Positions 26,514 through 36,747 of a stretch of 38,458 nt of DNA are shown here, in pieces. The stretch is from the sequence record ON470580. One strand, 5' to 3'. The DNA is from Escherichia phage vB_EcoM-606R7. A program made the translations under genes and the position numbers. The notes under the pieces are model-generated. The model had not been told where the DNA came from. It did not search any database and was given only the letters and a program-made list of their open reading frames with translations. The stretch's first letter is position 1, and each line of letters opens with the position of its first letter.

Positions 26514-26642
26514 ATGGATTTCGACACAATCATGGAAAAGGCTTACGAAGAATACTTCGAAGGCCTTGCCGAAGGCGAAGAAGCTCTCAGCTTCAGTGAG
26601 TTTAAACAGGCGCTTTCCAGCTCGGCAAAATCTAACGGCTGA
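26514..26642 (+). CDS. ydfB: YdfB-like small protein
   Basis: 42-aa ORF (MDFDTIMEKAYEEYFEGLAEGEEALSFSEFKQALSSSAKSNG) starting 2 nt after the ydfA stop. Confidence 0.5.
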   Translation: MDFDTIMEKAYEEYFEGLAEGEEALSFSEFKQALSSSAKSNG

Positions 26643-26671
26643 TAAGCGAAGCAGCACCGCGAGGAATCAGT

Positions 26672-26890
26672 ATGCAGAAACGAGAACCTGTCATCATCGC
26701 GCCAGACTATACCGATGATGAACTTTATGAGTGGATGCACCAGAAAATTAATGCAGCGCAGGATCTGAAATGGGCCAATGAAGCCAGGGCTAAGCAGGCT
26801 GAAAATCTGTCCGCTCTGGAGCAGGATATCACCAGGCTGGAAAAAGCAGCGGCATTAAGCATTGCCAGAATGATTACATACCCGCGTTAA
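26672..26890 (+). CDS. ydfC: YdfC-like protein
   Basis: 72-aa ORF (MQKREPVIIAPDYTDDELYEWMHQKINAAQDLKWANEARAK...); resembles recalled Qin YdfC. Confidence 0.55.
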   Translation: MQKREPVIIAPDYTDDELYEWMHQKINAAQDLKWANEARAKQAENLSALEQDITRLEKAAALSIARMITYPR

Positions 26891-27230
26891 TAGCTAACCA
26901 ACGAAGCTAAGGTTGGTAATTAAGGAGTTCTCCACGGGTGAGGTGGAGTGCGTGCGCCGGACACGGGTGAGCATCCGGCACTGACAGTTTACTGAAAGGA
27001 TATTTCCCTGAAAAGTCAGACCATAACGCGAAAGCGCACGGCGAGGTAGCTGGTTCATAGATAGCCTGTCGTTAAATTATCGTCGACCGTGCGCTTCCGG
27101 TTGTGGCACTCCGCGAAATGGCGCGGCGGTAAGTATGGCGGGGTTATTCCTTCCCCGTTGAGGACACCGGGTTGTCAGGTTGACCATACGCTTAAGTGAC
27201 AACCCCGCTGCAACGCCCTCTGTTATCAAT

Positions 27231-27288
27231 TTTCTGGTGACGTTTGGCGGTATCAGTTTTACTCCGTGACTGCTCTGCCGCCATTTTT
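27231..27288 (+). ncRNA. dicF: DicF-like small RNA (cell-division inhibitor)
   Basis: TTTCTGGTGACGTTTGGCGGTATCAGTTTTACTCCGTGACTGCTCTGCCGCC followed by ATTTTT matches the DicF sequence as I recall it; GGCGG...CCGCC terminator stem; sits between ydfC and dicB. Confidence 0.6.
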
Positions 27289-27457
27289 AAAGTGAATTTT
27301 GTGATGTGGTGAATGCGGCTAAGCGCACGCGGAACAGTTAAAACCAAAAACAGTGTTATGGGTGGATTCTCTGTATCCGGCGTTAATTGTTAACTGGTTA
27401 ACGTCACCTGGAAGCACCAGGCACCGCATCACAAAACTCATTGTTGAGGGCGCGATA

Positions 27458-27646
27458 ATGAAAACGTTATTACCAAACGTTAATACGTCTGAAGGTTGTT
27501 TTGAAATTGGTGTCACTATCAGTAATCCTGTATTCACTGAAGAGGCCATTAACAAAAGAAAACACGAACGGGAGTTATTAAATAAAGTATGCATTGTTTC
27601 AATGCTGGCCCGTTTACGTCTGATGCCAAAAGGATGTGCACAATGA
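27458..27646 (+). CDS. dicB: Cell-division inhibitor DicB
   Basis: 62-aa sequence MKTLLPNVNTSEGCFEIGVTISNPVFTE.AINKRK.ERELLNK.CIVSMLARLRLMPKGCAQ matches recalled DicB; RBS GAGGG. Confidence 0.8.
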   Translation: MKTLLPNVNTSEGCFEIGVTISNPVFTEEAINKRKHERELLNKVCIVSMLARLRLMPKGCAQ

Positions 27647-27831
27647 ATCCAGTATTTGCACTTATTCTGACGGTTTTTCTTGTTTCCGGAGAGCCAGTTG
27701 ATATTGCAGTCAGTGTTCACAGAACAATGCAGGAATGTATGGCCGCAGCAACCGAACAGAAAATTCCAGGCAACTGTTATCCGGTCGATAAAGTTATTCA
27801 CCAGGATAACGAAATCCCGGCAGGATTTTAA
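27643..27831 (+). CDS. ydfD: YdfD-like small membrane (lysis) protein
   Basis: 62-aa ORF MNPVFALILTVFLVSGEPVDIAVSVHRTMQECM... with a hydrophobic N-terminus; ATGA overlap with the dicB stop. Confidence 0.65.
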   Translation: MNPVFALILTVFLVSGEPVDIAVSVHRTMQECMAAATEQKIPGNCYPVDKVIHQDNEIPAGF

Positions 27832-27924
27832 AACAGCACCGTAATAAATATCCAGTTTCATTCTTATATGTCAGCAATGGCAGAGATTTGTTCACCCTTA
27901 AATCTGTGATGAGGTTTATCAATA

Positions 27925-30368
27925 ATGAGCACTGATAAAGAAGAATTTGCACTATATTGCGAAGCAAAAAATGACAAAGTAAGAAAACGCCTGGGAATTA
28001 AAGGTGGTTTTTACTGGACTACAGCAAAAAAATTATCTGTTGCAATCTCCCGCTGCATTACCGCAATGGATGACAACGATTATGATGAAGACGACTTTAA
28101 AAAACCCGTCCGCGTCAATTTGCCCGTTGTTGACGACCTTCCGCCAGAAGGCGTGTTTGATACTGAATTCTGCAACCGCTATGAAAAAGGCGGGAAAGAT
28201 GGCATCACAATGACATTTATCGGCCCTTCCCCCTCTGTTCAGGACAAACCAGCCAGCACTGACAATACCAACATCAACGGCGAAGACATGACTGAGATTG
28301 AGGAGAGCATGCTTCTGCCTGTCTCCGGTCAGGAACTGCCCATTCGTTGGCTTGCTCAACACGGCAGCGAAAAACCAGTAACGCACGTTTCACGCGACGA
28401 ACTCCAGGCATTACACATTGCACGGGCTGAAGAACTACCGGCTGTTACTGCCCTGGCTATTTCGCATAAAACCAGTCTGCTCGACTCGCTGGAGATTCGC
28501 GACCTCCACAAACTGGTTCGTGACACTGACAAAGTTTTCCCTAATCCTGGTAATTCAGACCTGGGACTAATAACTGCTTTTTTCGAAGCATACCTGGACG
28601 CTGACTACACTGATCGGGGTCTGCTGACAAAAGAGTGGATGAAAGGAAATCGTGTTTCACGCATCACCCGCACGGCTTCCGGTGCTAATGCTGGCGGTGG
28701 GAACAAAACCGATCGCAATCCGAATTTAGTACACACCCTCGACACACTGGATGTGGAGATTGCAGCAGCCACACTTCCGATGGATTTTAATATTTATGAA
28801 ATTCCGGGCAGCGTTTATCGTCGCGCANNNNNNNNNNAGTCCTGAAAAAAGAAAGTCCGTTCAAAGAATGGTCCGCAGCACTTCGTGCAACCCCGGGTAT
28901 TCTGGACTATTCCCGCGCCGCTATTTTTGCACTTATCCGAAGTGCACACCCTGAATTTTATCACTACCCGGGACGCCTTCAGGGGTATATCAACGCCTAT
29001 TTGACGGAAACTGATCACGAGAACCCCAGCAAGGAAACTCTCACAGCTGCCCGGCATACGCCGGAAAAAGATATCCTGGAAGAAATTAACCGCGAGGTGG
29101 TTACTGAGCGTGAAACAGAAGAAGAAAAACCACAACCATCTGACGCAATGGCAGGTGAACAGGCAACAACTGAAACAATGGAACCGGATACAACTGAACA
29201 TTGCCAGAACGCGCAGTCGCTGGATGCTCAGTCGCAGGTGAGTTCCGCTAACCAAGTAAAAGTCACCGCTGACGAAGTAAACAAAATTATGCAGGCAGCC
29301 AATATCAGCCAGCCTGACGCCGATAAGTTACTTGCTGTATCGCGTGGTGAATTTGTTGAGGGGATTAGCGACCCTAATGATCCGAAATGGGTCAAGGGGA
29401 TCCAGACTCGCGATTCTGTGAACCAGAACCAGCATGAATCGGAACGGAACTACCAAAAAGCGGAACAAAACAGCCCAAATGCGTTACAAAACGAGCCAGA
29501 AACGAAACAATCCGAACCAGTAGCGCAACAGGAACCGGAAAAAGTCTGCACCGCCTGCGGTCAGAGCGGTGGCGGCAACTGCCCTGATTGTGGCGCGGTG
29601 ATGGGCGACGCAACATACCAGGAAACATTCGATGAAGAGAATCAAGTTGAAGTTCAGGAAAATGATCCGGAGGAAATGGAAGGCGCTGAACATCCACACA
29701 AGGAGAACCCTGGCGGCAATCAGCATCACGCCAGCGATAATAAAACTGGCGAGGCGACAGATCCCTTAATTAAGGTGAATGGTCATCATAAGCTCACATC
29801 CACCAGCAGAGCGGGGATTCATCTGATGATCGACCTTGAAACCATGGGAAAAAATCCCGATGCCCCGATTATCTCAATAGGCGCAATATTTTTCGATCCA
29901 CAAACCGGAGATATGGGACCGGAATTTAGCAAGACCATCGATCTGGATACTGCTGGCGGAGTCATTGATCGTGACGTCATTAAATGGTGGCTGAAGCAAT
30001 CACGTGAAGCGCAGTCTGCCATTATGACCGATGAAATCCCGTTAGATGATGCACTACTGCAATTGCGGGAATTTATCGACGAAAACTCCGGTGAATTTTT
30101 TGTTCAGGTCTGGGGTAATGGGGCCAACTTCGACAACGTGATTTTACGCCGTTCATACGAACGACAGGGTATCCCCTGCCCGTGGCGCTACTGCAACGAT
30201 CGCGATGTACGCACAATCGTTGAGCTGGGGAAAGCCATAGACTTCGATGCCAGAACTGCTATCCCATTCGAAGGTGAGCGCCATAATGCACTTGATGACG
30301 CTCGTTACCAGGCAAAATACGTTTCAGCTATCTGGCAAAAACTGATCCCGAGTCAGGCTGATTTTTAA
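27925..30368 (+). CDS. Exodeoxyribonuclease VIII-like protein (YdfE-like N-terminal part, DEDDh-type 3'-5' exonuclease C-terminal domain); spans a 10-N gap
   Basis: Reading frame stays open from 28839 to 30368, and the 27925-28827 ORF is open up to the gap, so one roughly 810-aa product is likely. C-terminus carries [15 protein letters not shown] and HNALDDA motifs. Reading frame across the gap is not verifiable. Confidence 0.55.
28828..28837. other. Assembly gap (10 N)
   Basis: Run of n characters. Confidence 0.99.
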
Positions 30369-30426
30369 TGTTCAACCCTAATTGCCGCTAACCGTATATA
30401 GTTAGCGGCGGTTATGAGATATAGCT

Positions 30427-30630
30427 ATGAGCAGCTTATTTTTAACCGAAGATGAATTGCTAATATTAACGGGCTGCAAATATGCAAGCCACCAGCGAAA
30501 ATGGTTAATGGAAAACGGGCTTCCGTTCTATACCAATCGTAGTGGCAAACCGATTGTCAGCCGGGAGCTATTTACCTGCAATAAAACTTTACCACCACGC
30601 GAGGTAGAGCCGAATTTTGGTGCGATCTGA
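30427..30630 (+). CDS. xis: Excisionase (Xis)
   Basis: 67-aa ORF immediately upstream of int with a one-base stop/start overlap. Confidence 0.6.
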   Translation: MSSLFLTEDELLILTGCKYASHQRKWLMENGLPFYTNRSGKPIVSRELFTCNKTLPPREVEPNFGAI

Positions 30631-31655
30631 TGGGAAGACGAAGGAAAAATCCTGAACACGAAAAATTACCTCCAAATGTATACCCAAATAAATATAGTTA
30701 TGTATGGAAACCAACATCCAGAGAATCTGTCACACTAACCGCCATCAAGGATGGTTTGGCTGCTTTATGGAAAAAGTATGAGGAAACTGTAAATAATCGC
30801 GATCGTGCAATGACATTCGGTCGCTTGTGGGAAAAATTCCTCGCCAGCGCCTATTACAGTGACCTTAGTCCAAGAACACAAAAAGATTATCTGCAACATC
30901 AAAAAAAGTTGCTTGCCGTATTCGGTAAGGTACCAGCGGATTCCATAAAACCAGAACACATCCGTCGATACATGGACAAAAGAGGGGAGCAGAGTAAAAC
31001 GCAAGCCAACCATGAAAAAAGCAGTATGTCCCGTGTTTACAGTTGGGGGTATGAGCGAGGGTACGTGAAGGCTAACCCATGTGCAGGTGTAAGTAAATTC
31101 AAGGCCAAAAACCGCGAACGATATGTAACCGACAAAGAATACCAGGCAGTATTAAGCGTTGCACCTCTTCCTGTTTTTATCGCAATGGAAATTGCCTATC
31201 TGTGTGCAGCGAGGGTTTCCGATGTGTTATCGCTGAAATGGGAACAGATTGGAAACGACGGGATATTCATCCAGCAAGGGAAAACCGGAAAAAAACAGAT
31301 AAAAGCATGGAGTCCACGATTACAGGCAGCGATCGAAAAAGCAAAACAGTTACCAAAATCTGCCTATGTGATCAGCAATCAATACGGCAACCGATATATG
31401 TACAAAGGCTTTAACGAAATGTGGGTAGAAGCAAGAAATCGCGCAGGCAAAATTTCAGGTATTTTAACCGACTTCACCTTTCATGATCTGAAGGCGAAAG
31501 GAATTTCAGACTATGAAGGAAGCAGCCGGGATAAGCAACTTTTCTCTGGTCACAAAACCGAAGGGCAAGTGCTAATCTATGACAGAAAGGTTAAAGTTTC
31601 ACCAACACTTGATGTCCCGTTACCTGAAAATATTCCAAGAAAATATTCCAAGTAA
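30630..31655 (+). CDS. int: Tyrosine integrase (lambda Int family)
   Basis: 341 aa; N-terminus MGRRRKNPEHEKLPPNVY parallels recalled lambda Int MGRRRSHERRDLPPNLY; C-terminal catalytic region with FHDLKAKG; ends 53 bp from tRNA-Ser. Confidence 0.85.
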   Translation: MGRRRKNPEHEKLPPNVYPNKYSYVWKPTSRESVTLTAIKDGLAALWKKYEETVNNRDRAMTFGRLWEKFLASAYYSDLSPRTQKDYLQHQKKLLAVFGKVPADSIKPEHIRRYMDKRGEQSKTQANHEKSSMSRVYSWGYERGYVKANPCAGVSKFKAKNRERYVTDKEYQAVLSVAPLPVFIAMEIAYLCAARVSDVLSLKWEQIGNDGIFIQQGKTGKKQIKAWSPRLQAAIEKAKQLPKSAYVISNQYGNRYMYKGFNEMWVEARNRAGKISGILTDFTFHDLKAKGISDYEGSSRDKQLFSGHKTEGQVLIYDRKVKVSPTLDVPLPENIPRKYSK

Positions 31656-31707
31656 TTCCAAGTGTGATTTTTGTCACTGACTTAATGATGTGTAAGTGAT
31701 TGAATTT

Positions 31708-31797
31708 TGGCGGAGAGAGGGGGATTTGAACCCCCGGTGGAGTTGCCCCCACTCCGGTTTTCGAGACCGGTCCGTTCAGCCGCTCCGGCATCTCTCC
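31708..31797 (-). tRNA. serU: tRNA-Ser (anticodon CGA), serU-like; probable prophage attachment target
   Basis: Hand-folded: GGAGAGATGCCGGAGCGGCTGAACGGACCGGTCTCGAAAACCGG... with long variable arm and CCA; 3' end faces the integrase gene. Confidence 0.8.
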
Positions 31798-31890
31798 GTT
31801 CAGATGGTTGCCATGATGCCAGGAAATTTGGCATTTTAACAGTCCCTGTCCGTGCAATTTTGTTCAAGTGACGAGTTTGCGAGCAAAACG

Positions 31891-32688
31891 ATGATTAAGT
31901 GGCCCTGGAAAGTACAAGAATCAGCACATCAAACTGCCCTTCCCTGGCAGGAAGCACTATCGATCCCCCTTTTAACGGGTCTGACGGAACAGGAACAAAG
32001 CAAATTAGTCACTCTTGCCGAACGTTTTTTACAGCAAAAGCGGCTTGTTCCTTTACAGGGCTTTGAACTGGATTCATTAAGAAGCTGCCGGATAGCACTT
32101 CTATTTTGCCTACCCGTTCTGGAGTTAGGACTGGAATGGCTGGATGGTTTTCATGAAGTCTTAATTTATCCTGCGCCATTTGTGGTCGATGATGAATGGG
32201 AAGACGATATCGGTCTGGTGCATAACCAACGTATTGTTCAGTCAGGTCAGAGCTGGCAGCAAGGGCCTATCGTTTTGAACTGGTTGGATATACAAGATTC
32301 TTTTGATGCATCTGGTTTTAACCTGATTATTCATGAAGTCGCTCATAAGCTGGACACCCGTAACGGCGATCGCGCCAGCGGAGTTCCCTTTATTTCGTTG
32401 CGTGAGGTTGCTGGCTGGGAACACGATCTTCATGCTGCAATGAACAACATTCAGGAAGAAATCGAATTAGTTGGTGAGAATGCAGCGAGCATTGATGCTT
32501 ATGCTGCCAGTGATCCTGCTGAATGTTTTGCCGTACTTTCTGAATATTTCTTTAGCGCCCCAGAACTTTTTGCTCCTCGTTTCCCTTCATTGTGGCAACG
32601 TTTCTGTCAATTTTATCAACAAGATCCTTTGCAGAGACTGCATCACGCTAATGATACAGACTCGTTTTCGGCGACGAATGTTCATTAA
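31891..32688 (+). CDS. mtfA: Mlc titration factor A (MtfA/YeeI), chromosomal
   Basis: Starts [28 protein letters not shown] and contains the metalloprotease-like HEVAHKLD motif; matches recalled MtfA. Confidence 0.85.
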   Translation: MIKWPWKVQESAHQTALPWQEALSIPLLTGLTEQEQSKLVTLAERFLQQKRLVPLQGFELDSLRSCRIALLFCLPVLELGLEWLDGFHEVLIYPAPFVVDDEWEDDIGLVHNQRIVQSGQSWQQGPIVLNWLDIQDSFDASGFNLIIHEVAHKLDTRNGDRASGVPFISLREVAGWEHDLHAAMNNIQEEIELVGENAASIDAYAASDPAECFAVLSEYFFSAPELFAPRFPSLWQRFCQFYQQDPLQRLHHANDTDSFSATNVH

Positions 32689-32788
32689 TTAACAACTTTG
32701 CAGATTAATTAACCAATTGAAATGGCTTATGAAATTTAGTGTTGACAGACAAGGTACCGCTAAGTAATATGCGCTCCGTTCACACGAT

Positions 32789-32864
32789 TCCTCTGTAGTT
32801 CAGTCGGTAGAACGGCGGACTGTTAATCCGTATGTCACTGGTTCGAGTCCAGTCAGAGGAGCCA
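32789..32864 (+). tRNA. asnT: tRNA-Asn (anticodon GUU), asnT-like; HPI attachment site
   Basis: TCCTCTGTAGTTCAGTCGGTAGAACGGCGGACTGTTAATCCGTATGTCACTGGTTCGAGTCCAGTCAGAGGAGCCA read directly. Confidence 0.9.
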
Positions 32865-33025
32865 ATTTTCTGTTTTCATGCATCCTTGCAAATCTTTATC
32901 TGATGTTGATTCAACAGGTTAGTGTGAAAACTCTTCTCGGTGCATTTTGATTTTACCCTACGCATCGGGAAAAATTGGTGGTCAAATCTGGGATCAGGTT
33001 AGTTCGATAATGGAGTGACCCCCAT

Positions 33026-33941
33026 ATGTTCCTTACCGACGCAAAAATCCGCACCCTCAAGCCTTCTGATAAACCCTTTAAAGTCTCCGATTCTCACGGT
33101 CTGTATCTGCTGGTCAAGCCGGGTGGCTCCCGCCACTGGTATCTCAAAGCTGGAGGTTGCGTCCCGCACACGGCAGCACCTGAGTAACATAATGCGCCAT
33201 GCGGTCCATCAGGAGTTAATCGATACGAACCCTGCAGCAAACCTTGGCGGCGTGACCACACCTCCTGTCAGACGGCACTATCCTGCCCTGCCGCTGGAGC
33301 GGCTGCCTGAACTGCTTGAACGTATTGGGGCATATCATCAGGGCCGTGAACTGACCCGGCATGCCGTTCTGCTGATGCTGCATGTGTTCATTCGCTCCAG
33401 TGAACTGCGTTTCGCCCGCTGATCAGAGATTGATTTCACAAACCGAGTCTGGACGATACCCGCGACGCGAGAACCCATTATTGGCGTGCGTTATTCCGGC
33501 CGCGGGGCAAAAATGCGAATGCCGCATATCGTCCCCCTCTCAGAACAGTCCATCGCCATTCTGAAACAGATTAAGGATATCACCGGTAATAATGAACTGA
33601 TCTTCCCCGGCGACCATAACCCGTATAAGCCAATGTGTGAAAACACGGTCAATAAGGCACTGCGGGTGATGGGTTACGACACGAAAAAGGATATCTGCGG
33701 TCACGGCTTCCGGGCAATGGCATGCAGTGCGCTGATGGAATCGGGTTTATGGGCAAAGGACGCAGTAGAACGCCAGATGAGTCATCAGGAGCGCAATACC
33801 GTGCGCATGGCTTATATTCATAAGGCAGAGCACCTAGAAGCCCGCAAAGCGATGATGCAGTGGTGGTCGGATTATCTGGAAGCATGCCGAGAATCTTATG
33901 CACCGCCTTATACAATTGGTAAAAATAAGTTTATCCCATAG
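33026..33941 (+). pseudogene. int: HPI P4-like integrase, inactivated (internal deletion with frameshift plus an in-frame TGA at 33420-33422)
   Basis: N-terminus MFLTDAKIRTLKPSDKPFKVSDSHGLYLLVKPGGSRHWYLK stops after 51 codons; the integrase reading continues in another frame (LEVASRTRQHLSNIMRHAVHQ...) to a TGA, then resumes in frame (SEIDFTNRVWTIP... to the end). Confidence 0.8.
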
Positions 33942-34134
33942 TATACTAACGAATCCCTCACTCTGGCAAATTACCACCACCTCCACAGGAGGTGGTTCTA
34001 TATAGACTTTTATCAACTTCATGACGAAAAACACCTATTTTATCCCAAAAGAAGACAATAGAGTCACAGAGGAATCAAAGAGCGACTCAATTGTCTTTGG
34101 ACAGTCTGGTTGTGAGGTTAGAAAACAGTTACTC

Positions 34135-35439
34135 CTACACCATTAAATAGGGCGCAATGCTCGCTAATTTCTCCCGGGTTTCTGTCAGTTCGCGTTCCGG
34201 CGTAGATTGCGCGATGATTCCCGCCCCCGCCTGTATCCAGCAGCGCTGGCTATCCTGAAATACGGAACGCAGAACTAGCGCCGCATCAAAGCGCGTATCG
34301 TCCAGCAGCAGGATTGCGCCGGAATAAAGCTCTCGCGGCGTCTTCTCAATTTGCATAATCGCGTTCAGAGCAGCATTTTTAGGGATACCTGAGGCGGTAA
34401 TCGACGGAAACAGCACGGTAAACGCATCCCAGGCATCCTTGTTTTCCGAAAGCTGACCGCTCACGCCAGACCCCAGATGCTGAACGCTGCCGCGCTGGCG
34501 AACCGACATTAAATCTTCAACCACCACGCTGCCCGGCTGGCAAACAGCCTCCAGTTCAGCAATAGCTTCTTTGACAGAAAGGATATGCTCAAGCACCTCT
34601 TTACTGTCGTGCAGCAGTTCTGCCTCTTTCGCCTTATTATGCTCCGGGTTTCCCATGCGATCGCGGGTGCCCGCAAGCGGTTCAGTGACCACTTTATTGC
34701 CCATCACTGACATCACCAGTTCCGGGCTAAAGCCCAGCGCTTCGCGTCCTTCCTGACGGAACATAAACGAGCGCACAGGCGTGTTTGCCTGCCGCCCGTA
34801 TAACAGCGTGGCGGGCATATCAATCCGCGATGGCAGGGGAATGGCGCGCGAGACAATCACTTTGACATACTCGCCACGGCGGATCTCCGCAACGGCGCGC
34901 GCAACCTGTTGTTTATATGCCTCACCATTGAGGGCGGTATCCACCGCCAGTGGTGCGTTCTGCGTCGTTGTACCGGCCTCTTTTACCCACTCGCACAAAC
35001 GTCGGCACCCGTCGGCGGAGTCCGCATAAACGGTGACATTTCCCTTTTCAAAAATAAGTTCTTCACGGGGAACGGTTAACGTCAGCAGCGGCCACTCCCC
35101 GGCGTTAAAGGCAATCCCCCGCGCATGCGCCGCAAAGTTGAACCCAACCTGTCCATATACCCGACGTCCTTTCACCTGAGGATGCGCCATAAAACGACGC
35201 GCGCAGTCGGCAATGGAATCCACCGCCCATTTTTGCTCCCCGGCATCATCAATAAATGTCGCCTGCGTTCCGTCGGCATTAATGTGCAGCCGTGCCTGGC
35301 ACCCTTTGCCTAAATACCAACAGGGTTGACGCTCATAGACATAACACTCTTCTTCTGCGAACTGGCGTAAAACGCCAGAAATCGTCGGTAGCCATTGTTC
35401 CTCTGGTAACGCCAGATGTAGAAATTCACTGATTTTCAT
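34135..35439 (-). CDS. ybtS: Salicylate synthase YbtS (Irp9)
   Basis: 434-aa MKISEFLHLALPEEQWLPT... chorismate-utilising enzyme fold; recalled as YbtS; position next to ybtX. Confidence 0.85.
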   Translation of the reverse strand: MKISEFLHLALPEEQWLPTISGVLRQFAEEECYVYERQPCWYLGKGCQARLHINADGTQATFIDDAGEQKWAVDSIADCARRFMAHPQVKGRRVYGQVGFNFAAHARGIAFNAGEWPLLTLTVPREELIFEKGNVTVYADSADGCRRLCEWVKEAGTTTQNAPLAVDTALNGEAYKQQVARAVAEIRRGEYVKVIVSRAIPLPSRIDMPATLLYGRQANTPVRSFMFRQEGREALGFSPELVMSVMGNKVVTEPLAGTRDRMGNPEHNKAKEAELLHDSKEVLEHILSVKEAIAELEAVCQPGSVVVEDLMSVRQRGSVQHLGSGVSGQLSENKDAWDAFTVLFPSITASGIPKNAALNAIMQIEKTPRELYSGAILLLDDTRFDAALVLRSVFQDSQRCWIQAGAGIIAQSTPERELTETREKLASIAPYLMV

Positions 35440-35466
35440 CCCTTACCTCTCTGTGTTATTCCCGGA

Positions 35467-36747
35467 TCAATCAATTGCGCTTGTCATCAGTTCTCTTGCC
35501 GAATGCAGCCGGATATAAGCAACCCACGCCGCCAGCAACGTGAATGCCCCGGCAAACAGGAAGCAGGCCGCATAGCCAAAATGTTGAGCAACAACGCCAC
35601 CGATAACGCCTGCCAGAATGGCGATTGCCGCATCAGTACATTGAAAGAGGGTGAAGTCGACACCGGCCTGCAAAGGCGATGAAAGCGACATCAGCGTGGC
35701 GTAAAGACAGACCAGCGCGCAGGCCAGCGAAATGGACTGGACAATGACCAGACACTGGAGAATCTGCAGCAGCAGATGACCCGGCGCCATCATGAGCGTC
35801 ATCACCACCGCCAGCAGCGCGATCCCCTGGACGCCATAAGCCGTCAACAGCGCTCTGCCGGGTGAGGTGTATTTCATCAGCAATCCGCCGGCCAGCGTTC
35901 CTGCTATGCCCGCTGCAATATTGCCGCCGCTGAACAACGCGCCCAATGCGGACATGCTCAACCCATGATCCAACAACAGCGGTGCCAGAAGAGGCAGCAC
36001 AAACCGCATGCCTGAATTCAGCATCAATACCAGCAGTAAGCCCAGGCGCGCCTGCTTCCTCCTTAGCGCATAACCTAACGCCGGAACATGCAGGATAGTC
36101 GCTGTTCGCGTCGGCTCCGTAATGCGCCACAGCGGGAGTGACAGCGCCATAATCAGCACCGCCATCATCAGCATGGCGACAGGCCAGCCGGATGCCGCCG
36201 ACAGCATCAGGAACACCCCGCCGCCGCACATCATTCCCAGATAGCTGCCGCCGACCTGCACGCTGTTTCCCCAGCCGTAACCCGTGCGGGTCAGTTGATC
36301 GACACAAAAGCCGTCGCTGGCGATATCAATGGTGGAGGCGACCGTGCCTGCCACCATAAACAGAACAAATAACGCGACGATTTGCGTATCGGGGAATCCC
36401 CCTTCTCGCCTAAACCAGCCAATCGCTGCGGCAATAGTCAGGATCGCCGCTAGCGCGACCTGACCACGCAGGATTAACATGCGGGAACGGCGTTCCTGGC
36501 TACCGGGCGGAAGCCGCCAGCGCTCGATCCACGGCGCCCAAATAAACTTCAGCGCCCAGGGCAGCATAAACAGGGTTGTCGCACCGGCAAGCGCCAGCGA
36601 ACCGCCAGCAGCGCGCACCAGCGCGGGTAAGGACTGCATAGACAGCGCCGATACCAGACTCTGCGTCACATAGACGCCGGCAATAGCAAAAATCACCCGT
36701 CCGGTCGTCAACGTCGGCGGTTTCACATTCGACTGAACATCACTCAT
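35467..36747 (-). CDS. ybtX: MFS transporter YbtX
   Basis: Multi-helix hydrophobic ORF; start taken at MSDVQSNVKPP, whose ATG overlaps the ybtQ stop (ATGAGTGA). Confidence 0.75.
   Translation of the reverse strand: MSDVQSNVKPPTLTTGRVIFAIAGVYVTQSLVSALSMQSLPALVRAAGGSLALAGATTLFMLPWALKFIWAPWIERWRLPPGSQERRSRMLILRGQVALAAILTIAAAIGWFRREGGFPDTQIVALFVLFMVAGTVASTIDIASDGFCVDQLTRTGYGWGNSVQVGGSYLGMMCGGGVFLMLSAASGWPVAMLMMAVLIMALSLPLWRITEPTRTATILHVPALGYALRRKQARLGLLLVLMLNSGMRFVLPLLAPLLLDHGLSMSALGALFSGGNIAAGIAGTLAGGLLMKYTSPGRALLTAYGVQGIALLAVVMTLMMAPGHLLLQILQCLVIVQSISLACALVCLYATLMSLSSPLQAGVDFTLFQCTDAAIAILAGVIGGVVAQHFGYAACFLFAGAFTLLAAWVAYIRLHSARELMTSAID

Noticed and set aside
27319-27861. 180-aa minus-strand ORF overlapping dicB and ydfD
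   Set aside because: It is antisense to two well-supported, translationally coupled genes and to the leader, has no RBS and a Cys/Asn-rich low-complexity translation.
35633-36307. 224-aa ORF in an alternative frame on the same strand inside ybtX
   Set aside because: It lies entirely within the MFS transporter gene in a GC-rich region; the Arg/Ala/Gly-rich translation is typical of an off-frame artefact.
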